Below the pieces are notes generated by a model. That model worked only from the letters and a program-made list of their open reading frames with translations, searched no databases and was not told the origin of the DNA. A program made the translations under genes and the position numbers. DNA of 64,000 nucleotides, taken from the IMG/VR virus record IMGVR_UViG_3300020020_000027, positions 1 to 64,000 of that record. The stretch is one strand, 5' to 3'. Every line of letters begins with the position of its first letter. The first letter of the stretch is position 1. Origin of the DNA: a virus. Positions 1-6,730 of the stretch are shown one piece after another.

Positions 1-187
1 CCCATTAGTTCGGTTGGCTTGAGGACAAAAAAGAATGGTCGTGCGTGCTTACAAAGCCTCAAGCGATAGAAGGTAAGTCGTATGATCTGTGGGGAGAACC
101 CACGGTATTCACGCCGCGTGAAGCATGAAACAAAGACTTGCCTTCTCCTAAAAGTCCTTTGAGAATTACACAGTGGAGCTGATGAAA

Positions 188-267
188 AGCAGCAGACTGA
201 ATTGGGTATCGGTTATCATTTATTGGAAAATGAAACAATCCCGATCCCTACCTACTTGTTTGCTGCT
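188..267 (+). ncRNA. Y RNA copy 1 (minimal form)
   Basis: Terminal stem AGCAGCAGAC/GTTTGCTGCT, ACTGA and CTTGT motifs, GGTTATC, upper stem GGG-ATCGG/CCGATCCC; Ro60 gene at 4401. Confidence 0.8.
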
Positions 268-270
268 CTT

Positions 271-344
271 GGTGGTTATGGTGTACCGGAAGTGCACGGC
301 GGGATGTGACCCCGCAAGTCTGGGTTCGACTCCCAGTAATCACC
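271..344 (+). tRNA. tRNA-His(GTG)
   Basis: G-1 plus GTGGTTA/TAATCAC acceptor, anticodon arm GCGGG-ATGTGAC-CCCGC, T arm CTGGG-TTCGACT-CCCAG. Confidence 0.9.
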
Positions 345-347
345 CAA

Positions 348-469
348 AATTGTTCAACTGAATTGTGAATTGGTGATCACCACTAGATCGGGTCCTTGGA
401 AGATAGGTAAAGATCTTCGCTTGGCTATGCCAAGTGACCACTCCAATTCCTGTAACTTGTTGGACAATT
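348..469 (+). ncRNA. Y RNA copy 2 (three-way-junction insert)
   Basis: AATTGTTCAAC/GTTGGACAATT stem, ACTGA, GGTGATC, CTTGT; insert GGTC/GACC closing two hairpins. Confidence 0.75.
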
Positions 470-495
470 CATATAGCTTCAAGTAATCCACCAAA

Positions 496-610
496 GTGTT
501 GGACTGAAATGGAATTGATTATCAAGAGTCCGCAAGTATGCAAAAACTTGGCCTTGAAGCTACCCCGCCACAAGGTAGGACAAATCGATACCAGCAATCT
601 TGTTTGACAC
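496..610 (+). ncRNA. Y RNA copy 3 (three-way-junction insert)
   Basis: GTGTTGGAC/GTTTGACAC stem, ACTGA, GATTATC, CTTGT; insert GTCC/GGAC closing CAAGT/ACTTG and CCTTG/CAAGG. Confidence 0.75.
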
Positions 611-619
611 ACAAAACAT

Positions 620-758
620 GGGTAGGTGGTTCGCGGGTGAAATTCCCGACCTGTTTGGTAGTGTCATAGTCTGACGGCACAGGAATGGCACGTGACAGAC
701 AATGGTAAGTCCGTCTAAGCTACTAAAGCAGTGGGTGGTTCGATTCCCCCTATACCCG
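620..758 (+). ncRNA. tRNA-like structured element (acceptor and T arm, long non-canonical body)
   Basis: GGGTA/TACCC ends, GG-TTCGATT-CC T loop, long helix CTGTTTGGTAG/CTACTAAAGCAG, extra CGGG-TGAAATT-CCCG hairpin. Confidence 0.45.
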
Positions 759-761
759 CGC

Positions 762-857
762 TGCTTGACTGAATGAATTCGGTTATCGGTGAAATAGAAG
801 GAAGCTCGATATATTGAGCGTCTATTATAATTCCGAATTTAACTCACTTGTTAGGCA
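762..857 (+). ncRNA. Y RNA copy 4 (hairpin insert)
   Basis: TGCTTGAC/GTTAGGCA stem, ACTGA, GAATTCGG/CCGAATTT upper stem, GGTTATC, CTTGT. Confidence 0.8.
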
Positions 858-883
858 CACAAAGGCCCGCGACCCTCGGGGAC

Positions 884-956
884 AATGCTTGACTGAACGG
901 ATATTGGTTATCACACAGCCAAAGTTAATCCGATATCCACGTGCTTGTTAAGCATT
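884..956 (+). ncRNA. Y RNA copy 5 (minimal form)
   Basis: AATGCTTGAC/GTTAAGCATT stem, ACTGA, GGATATTGG/CCGATATCC upper stem, GGTTATC, CTTGT. Confidence 0.8.
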
Positions 957-971
957 ATTAAATTAAATAAC

Positions 972-1043
972 AATGTTGGACTGACGAGGATTGGTTATCT
1001 CTCTTTAAGATTCCTCCGATCCGTGTTTTACTTGTTCGACATT
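972..1043 (+). ncRNA. Y RNA copy 6 (minimal form)
   Basis: AATGTTGGAC/GTTCGACATT stem, ACTGA, GGATTGG/CCGATCC upper stem, GGTTATC, CTTGT. Confidence 0.8.
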
Positions 1044-1126
1044 TATAAGACTTCTTGCGTTACCTGCATCCCGCAAGGAGAAGGAAGGGTGTTGGGATAG
1101 GAGAAAGACTCCAATGCCCTTCCGAT

Positions 1127-1200
1127 CTGGATATAGCCTAACTTGGTAGGGCACTAGCTTTGGGAGCTAGAGATTACAGGTTCGAATCCTGTTATCCAGA
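1127..1200 (+). tRNA. tRNA-Pro(TGG)
   Basis: CTGGATA/TATCCAG acceptor, CTAGC-TTTGGGA-GCTAG anticodon arm, ACAGG-TTCGAAT-CCTGT T arm. Confidence 0.95.
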
Positions 1201-1380
1201 CGGTATGTCTTTTAATTGTTGTGTAGAGATATTCCTAGCGTTTGCTGCTACAAACACTAAAAGCATGTGTCCAGTAGTTCAATAAGATATTGATTGCTAG
1301 GTCATTCAAATCGATATTGCGAACGAACAGACAGGGCAGGTGAAAAGACCTGGGTAAAGTAGCCTGCCCCCAACTAAGCT

Positions 1381-1598
1381 CCCAATGTGTGATGTTTTCT
1401 CCCGCTCGGGGTAAGTTCCGCTAGGGTCACTACTCATCACACATTGGGGTTAAACCCCCAATACATAGACATTCCAATGCGGGTGCGCCGAACAATTTGG
1501 ATTGGGATACGCTGTGTATTGGGCTAAACGCCCAATGTGTGATGGACTGTTCATTTTTCAGGGTTAGTTCAGCCTACCTTAGACCATTACACATTGGG
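1381..1598 (+). repeat. Three tandem 67-68 nt hairpin units (CCCAAT...ATTGGG) with TAAA linkers
   Basis: Units at 1381-1448, 1457-1523 and 1531-1598; 12-15 bp terminal stems, variable interiors. Confidence 0.8.
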
Positions 1599-1790
1599 TT
1601 AAAAGCTCCTGGCTGTCCGGCTGGAGATCGGGCGGACCTACATGTCTGGTAGGTTAACTCCATGTCTGGTACCGTACATGGCCCAAACGGTACACTACAA
1701 ATGGGAACGTGACATAGGCTTGGGATGTCACACGTATCAGGTGTGTTTAGTGCCTAGTAATAGGTCTTGGGTTTGCCTGATTAAAGTTTT

Positions 1791-1875
1791 GGGGATGTTG
1801 GCGTAATGAGGAGTTGGCACCGAATCCACAGTAATTGTGGTTGCCCTTGCGTAGGTTCGAATCCTACTGTCCCCT
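1791..1875 (+). ncRNA. tRNA-like element (intact acceptor and T arm, no canonical D or anticodon arm)
   Basis: GGGGATG/TGTCCCC acceptor, GTAGG-TTCGAAT-CCTAC T arm; irregular helix ending CCACA-GTAAT-TGTGG. Confidence 0.6.
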
Positions 1876-1876
1876 C

Positions 1877-2016
1877 GATGTTGGACTGAGTTATTATCGG
1901 TTATCATCTAACTACTAATTAGAAGGTCCAGGTTCGAATCCTGGTCGGCCCACGGGGGCCGATGGTGTAATGGATAGCACAAGAACTACTCGATAATAGA
2001 CAACTTGTTCGACATC
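1877..2016 (+). ncRNA. yrlA: YrlA-type Y RNA (copy 7) with circularly permuted tRNA domain
   Basis: GATGTTGGAC/GTTCGACATC stem with ACTGA, GGTTATC and CTTGT; internal order is anticodon-like arm TCTAA-CTACTAA-TTAGA, T arm CCAGG-TTCGAAT-CCTGG, closed acceptor TCGGCCC/GGGCCGA, D arm GTG-TAATGGATAG-CAC. Confidence 0.9.
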
Positions 2017-2032
2017 AGAAAATGGAGTTGTC

Positions 2033-2185
2033 ATGAAAGTTGTATACATTCTAGCGGGAATCTTAACGGTAATAATAGCCAGCGGATTCACCATTTGGAT
2101 TGGATACATATTAGTAAATGGAATGCGAAAAAGAATAGCGCGAATCAATCAAACGCGAAAAGACAAGCAAATACGGAGGTTCTAG
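2033..2185 (+). CDS. Small membrane protein (50 aa)
   Basis: GGAG RBS; MKVVYILAGILTVIIASGFTIWIGYILV TM segment plus basic tail; stop overlaps next GTG; below the ORF-track cutoff. Confidence 0.65.
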   Translation: MKVVYILAGILTVIIASGFTIWIGYILVNGMRKRIARINQTRKDKQIRRF

Positions 2186-3186
2186 TGAAGAACACCCGTC
2201 GCTATGTCGCAATTCTTGCCGGAACTGGCATTGCATTGGGACTTGGCGCGTGTAGTACAACTTCCGAGCCTGATAAGGTTGGGCTGTACTACATGGAGGG
2301 TCCATCCGATGGGTACCAGTTTGGTGAGTGCATTCAGCCAGGCAAAACCGGTTCACCCGAATGGAATAATTCTGTAGTATATTTGCCGACAAGCCTACGC
2401 ACGTGGGTTATCGACGATATGCCAGATCCAACAGACCCACTAAATAAGTCTGTCATTGCTCCTGGTGCTGACTCAGGAAATGTCACGGTAGTTTCGGCAA
2501 AGCCTGAGAAGGACCAGCCATCAGGTGTTCAGGTAAAGATTTCTACTAAGACATCTTTCTACCTCAACACTTTTTGCGATAAGAGTGGTGGCAAGGCAAA
2601 GGAATTCTGGGAGAAAATCGGACGACGATACTTTGCGGATACGGACAAGGGATGGAAGGACATGTTGGAGGCAGAAATGACTCCAATACAGAACACCATT
2701 ATCAAGGACGTGTCCCGCAACTATAGTGCAGATCCATTCATCGCCAATGCAAATGGCGAACAGAATGAAGCACAGAAGACAATATCGGAACGTCTCGCAG
2801 TGGAATTCAACCGGCTTGCTGGAGGACAATTCTTCTGTGGTCCCACATTTAATCGAGCATCGGACACCTGTCCAGCACTTGAAATGCTTATTATCGGCGT
2901 GGAATATGCCGATCGTGGCATTCAGGCAGCAAGAAATGAAAAGCAAAAGGCAGTTGAACTTGCCGCGGCGAAGTTGGCCGAAGCACAGGGTATAGCTGCC
3001 GCCCTGGTGGCAGAAGCACAAGGCAAGCGCGATGCCGCCAACGCTGTGGGCGCACTGTACAACTCGCCTGGATGGGTGGCCTTGCAAAAGCAAATCGAGG
3101 CAGGCAAGGCACTTATCGAAGCCTGCAAGCAGGCCAAGGAATGCCGACTTATTGTTGGCGCCGATGGCACGCTGATAATGCAATAA
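2185..3186 (+). CDS. SPFH/band-7-like lipoprotein
   Basis: GGAGGT RBS before GTG at 2185; lipobox LGAC; C-terminal Ala-rich coiled coil; resembles actinophage band-7 proteins. Confidence 0.7.
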   Translation: MKNTRRYVAILAGTGIALGLGACSTTSEPDKVGLYYMEGPSDGYQFGECIQPGKTGSPEWNNSVVYLPTSLRTWVIDDMPDPTDPLNKSVIAPGADSGNVTVVSAKPEKDQPSGVQVKISTKTSFYLNTFCDKSGGKAKEFWEKIGRRYFADTDKGWKDMLEAEMTPIQNTIIKDVSRNYSADPFIANANGEQNEAQKTISERLAVEFNRLAGGQFFCGPTFNRASDTCPALEMLIIGVEYADRGIQAARNEKQKAVELAAAKLAEAQGIAAALVAEAQGKRDAANAVGALYNSPGWVALQKQIEAGKALIEACKQAKECRLIVGADGTLIMQ

Positions 3187-3448
3187 ACTTCCTGGTGTGG
3201 GACAAGCTTCCTAGGAAGCTTTCGACCCAACTCGCAGGAAATAAAATTGAGTATTGAATATAAACTTCCTGCTGTTGACGGGCCGGGAAGGGTGGAAAAC
3301 GAAGTCTGGTGTGGAATACCGGGTTCTTAACGATGGAGAACAGGTCCAGATGAAGAGGTGCATATAGTGGCACCCATGCGGCAACTTCCACAATAAACTT
3401 CTCCGTGATGGAGGGGTTGGGGAAATGGCAGTTAGCTGACTGCCTGGT

Positions 3449-3521
3449 CGAGGAGATGTTTTGCGGCATCATGGTTAAAGGGTCTCGTAAGCCCGAGGGG
3501 GTTCGAATCCTCCATCCTCAC
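3449..3521 (+). pseudogene. Degenerate tRNA-like element with Thr(CGT) anticodon loop
   Basis: GGGT-CTCGTAA-GCCC, GGGGG-TTCGAAT-CCTCC T arm, partial acceptor GAGGA/TCCTC; no valid D arm. Confidence 0.4.
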
Positions 3522-3602
3522 GCTTGATTCATGGCTTTCGGCGGTTATGATATAAGGGTACCTAAAGTCACCCTCCGAACAATATGGGTGCGTTGAGCGT
3601 AA

Positions 3603-3674
3603 GCGTTATTAGTGTTAATGGGAACACATCTGCCTTCCAAGCAGAAGTTGTGGGTTCGAATCCTACATAGCGCA
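3603..3674 (+). tRNA. tRNA-Gly(TCC)
   Basis: GCGTTAT/ATAGCGC acceptor, TCTGC-CTTCCAA-GCAGA anticodon arm, canonical T arm. Confidence 0.93.
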
Positions 3675-3817
3675 CGGGGAATCCGAAGTGATTTAATTCC
3701 TATATGGCAGATCCACGGACGGGAATTAGTCAGATGGTATAGCTGGCCATTGCACCTATGCACCCCCCGTGGAGGAGGTGCTCAAGGATTCCTCACCATC
3801 CAAATAAAAGGACAGCT

Positions 3818-4054
3818 ATGAACACTTACATTGTAACCTATAAACATCAAATCAAAAATAAAGAACATGACCCTAAGAACAAAGTAACTAATAAATGCAC
3901 TGCATCGAATGTATGTACAGATTCAACGGGGGAGCATCATTCTTTCTTGGCAGAAGGAATAACTACACTAGAACTGAAAGAACGACTTACACAGGCTGGA
4001 ATGCATATCACAAGAATAGAACTAGCAACAATGGTGAGGAAACTCCACCACTGA
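3818..4054 (+). CDS. Hypothetical protein
   Basis: AAGGA RBS before ATG at 3818; Cys/His pattern C..C..GEHH. Confidence 0.6.
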   Translation: MNTYIVTYKHQIKNKEHDPKNKVTNKCTASNVCTDSTGEHHSFLAEGITTLELKERLTQAGMHITRIELATMVRKLHH

Positions 4055-4060
4055 ATAAAG

Positions 4061-4134
4061 CGCCAGGATGTCTCGCTTGACTGCGCAGTTACGAGACGGT
4101 GTGGAAGCAGTAGGTTCAACTCCTACCCTGGCGG
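4061..4134 (+). ncRNA. tRNA-like element (perfect acceptor and T arm, single hairpin body)
   Basis: CGCCAGG/CCTGGCG, GTAGG-TTCAACT-CCTAC, body GTCTCG..CGAGAC. Confidence 0.65.
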
Positions 4135-4326
4135 CGACCCGTTTTGGCAGTTTGTCGGATAGTGTAAGTCGTCAGCGCCCAATAAGATTCTGTTCTTATT
4201 CCTTTTAATGGGAAGACCGCTCAGATGTCGAGCTTGGTGACTATAATCAAACTGCCCATCCTGCGCTCACAGGATGTGTTTTAACACTCCGTATTTCTGG
4301 TAGTGTGGTGAAACAGGCCGTTAAAA

Positions 4327-4361
4327 GATAATGGAGCTGGTCGTTACCCAGCTCCATTATC
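4327..4361 (+). promoter_or_regulatory. Perfect 14-bp hairpin upstream of Ro60
   Basis: GATAATGGAGCTGG/CCAGCTCCATTATC; terminator or processing site unresolved. Confidence 0.5.
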
Positions 4362-4400
4362 CAAATTCTTGTTACTTTTAAAAGTGACTGTGAGGAAAAA

Positions 4401-6029
4401 GTGCCTAACTACCTTCACAAGCATCTGACTACGGATACTCCGCAGACGGAACCGGAGAGTCCTCTCCAGGTTGCCAACTCTGCTGGAGGTTTTTCTTTTC
4501 AGGTGAATCCCATCGATCGATTGATGCGCTTCCTTATCCTCGGTTCCGAGGGTGGTACGTATTACATCGGCGAGAAGGATTTGACTAAGCAGAATCTGGA
4601 CAATCTCAAGCACCTTACCGAAACTAATCCTTATACAGTAATTCATAAGGCGCTTTTAGTTTCTGATGAAGGACGAGCGTACCGCAACGATGCCGCCATT
4701 CTTGCCCTCGCTTACGTGATGACGTTTGGTGACGACAAGGCCAAGGCTTATGCTCGCGGTCATGTCAAAGATATTGTGCGTACGTCCTACCATCTTTTCC
4801 AGTTTGAGTCTTTCCTTAAGGCTCTTGCTCCTGGATCAGGCTTGGGAACGTCGAGAAACCGAGCAATCGCCTCTTGGTACGAGGCAAAGACACCCGAAGA
4901 CATCGCTTACCAGGCGGTCAAGTACCGTCAGCGGCTAGGCTGGACGCACGCGGATAGCCTACGCCAGTCTCGGCCACAGTTTTACACTGATTTGTACCAT
5001 GATGTAGCAAAGTGGATTCTTGGCAAGTACACGGGTGATCTCACTCAATTGCCAGACATCATTCGCGACTTTGAGGAAGTACAAAAGGCCGATGATGTCA
5101 CGAATGTTCTTGCTATCATGGAATGGGCCAAGCTTCCTTGGGAGGCTTTGCCTACCAAGTTCCTGAAGAACCCAGAGATTTGGCACAAGCTGTTCTATAC
5201 TGGCCAGCTTAAGGGACAAGCACTGGTGCGAAACATCACTAGGCTGGCTCGAATAAACGCGTTTGATGATCTGGTATTCACCGAGAATTATGCAAATGCA
5301 CTTACCGATGAGAATATGATCAAGCGGACGCGTTTGCATCCACTTAATTTCCTCAACGCATTGGTGGTGCACACTGAAGGTCAGAACCAGCACAAGAAGC
5401 CTGACTGGATGTACTTCAGCCGCAAGATAAAGGATTGGACGCAAAGTCCCATTATTACCGACGCATTGGATGCTGGTGTTCATTTGGCGTTCAAGCACAT
5501 TGAGCCAACCAACAAGCGCACTTTGCTTGCCGTGGATGTTTCTAGCTCAATGTCATCCTCGATCGGTATGGGTCTTGACTTAAGTGCAGCACAAATTTCC
5601 GGGGTAATGGCAGCAGCCATTGCCAAAACCGAGCCATACTACCAAATCATGGGATTCGCAAGCACATTCAAGGATTTGGGTATCTCGGCCGACATGAGTC
5701 TTACCACAGTCATGAACAAGGTACAACAGATGAACTTCGGTTCTACCAACTGTGCTTTGCCAATGACGTGGGCCACGGAGGGTGAGAAGAAATTCGATAC
5801 ATTCGTGGTCCTTACCGACAACGAGACTTATGCCGGATCTGTGCACCCCCATATCGCTTTACAACAGTACCGAAAGAAGTCAGGCATCGACGCTCGACTA
5901 ATCGTCGTTGGTGTTGCCTCAAACGGCTTCACCATTGCCGACCCCAATGATTCTGGCATGCTCGACGTTGTAGGGGCAGATGCCAATTTGCCTAAGCTCA
6001 TTGCTGAGTTTAGCTCAGGCAGGATTTGA
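4401..6029 (+). CDS. rsr: Ro60 (TROVE + vWA) Y-RNA-binding protein
   Basis: NSAGGFSF..RLMRFLILGSEGGTYY, AVKYRQRLGWTHAD, MIDAS DVSSSM, TDNET, FTIADPNDSGMLDVVG. Confidence 0.97.
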   Translation: MPNYLHKHLTTDTPQTEPESPLQVANSAGGFSFQVNPIDRLMRFLILGSEGGTYYIGEKDLTKQNLDNLKHLTETNPYTVIHKALLVSDEGRAYRNDAAILALAYVMTFGDDKAKAYARGHVKDIVRTSYHLFQFESFLKALAPGSGLGTSRNRAIASWYEAKTPEDIAYQAVKYRQRLGWTHADSLRQSRPQFYTDLYHDVAKWILGKYTGDLTQLPDIIRDFEEVQKADDVTNVLAIMEWAKLPWEALPTKFLKNPEIWHKLFYTGQLKGQALVRNITRLARINAFDDLVFTENYANALTDENMIKRTRLHPLNFLNALVVHTEGQNQHKKPDWMYFSRKIKDWTQSPIITDALDAGVHLAFKHIEPTNKRTLLAVDVSSSMSSSIGMGLDLSAAQISGVMAAAIAKTEPYYQIMGFASTFKDLGISADMSLTTVMNKVQQMNFGSTNCALPMTWATEGEKKFDTFVVLTDNETYAGSVHPHIALQQYRKKSGIDARLIVVGVASNGFTIADPNDSGMLDVVGADANLPKLIAEFSSGRI

Positions 6030-6176
6030 CATTAATGAGAGCATACTGAGGGTACATTCCCCGTAGGTATGTTGCAAGATGGAATAGGAACTAGAAGCCG
6101 GAAGAGAACTCCGGATCGGCGTGTGTGATGCTGCGGCCTGGGTGAACATCCTATTCCATCCCAATTAGGAGTAATA

Positions 6177-6542
6177 ATGAAGACAATAAATAAAATTGGA
6201 ATTAGTGTAGTGGCAGCCGTAGCGGCTGGCGGATTTTCTGCGGCTTATGCGATAACTGGATCAGGTCCGAAAACATCACCAGCTCCACATAACAATACCA
6301 CTACCACAATAACCGTAGTTAGCGAATCACCTTCACCAACACAAAAAGTAAATCCTAAGCCAAAGCCTTCAGTGGCAATTCAAATAAATCCTACTCCTAA
6401 TATCCCTACCCCTCGACCATCAGACGCTGGCACAAGTACTGGCAGTGGTGGTGGGGGTATTTCAATAAGTCCAGGCAATCTTCATCCATCACCAAAGTAT
6501 ATTTCACCTTCGCCACTTATTAAGACCACAAAATTGCCATGA
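6177..6542 (+). CDS. Secreted or membrane Pro/Thr-rich protein
   Basis: AGGAG RBS, signal-peptide-like N-terminus, low-complexity body. Confidence 0.7.
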   Translation: MKTINKIGISVVAAVAAGGFSAAYAITGSGPKTSPAPHNNTTTTITVVSESPSPTQKVNPKPKPSVAIQINPTPNIPTPRPSDAGTSTGSGGGGISISPGNLHPSPKYISPSPLIKTTKLP

Positions 6543-6730
6543 CATATACATTGGCGCCATGTCCGGAAAGCATACATGGACAGCACAATGCCGCGAACAG
6601 AGACGGTATCTGTACTTGGTGTTATCGAAGAATTGCACCAAGTTGGCCAATGCCAAAAGTAACCGATAGATCTGATTTAACCGAATATTATGAATATTTC
6701 TACGATAATGACTGGGGTGCTCCACAGTGA
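6539..6730 (+). CDS. Small Cys/His hypothetical protein
   Basis: ATGA overlap with upstream gene; C..H..H..CTWC. Confidence 0.6.
   Translation: MTYTLAPCPESIHGQHNAANRDGICTWCYRRIAPSWPMPKVTDRSDLTEYYEYFYDNDWGAPQ

Noticed and set aside
628-660. FMN riboswitch-like GGGTGAAATTCCCGACC; tmRNA
   Set aside because: The other conserved FMN blocks are missing, and the element is too short for tmRNA with no tag ORF or G3-U70 acceptor.
188-1598. CRISPR array interpretation of the repeats
   Set aside because: The units are paired 5'/3' arms with covarying stems and unequal lengths, not identical direct repeats with spacers, and no cas operon is present.
173-2184. ORFs 173-361, 1915-2148 and the 2005-2184 extension of the SPFH ORF
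   Set aside because: They overlap tRNA and Y RNA genes or a better small ORF; RBS and lipobox place the SPFH start at 2185.
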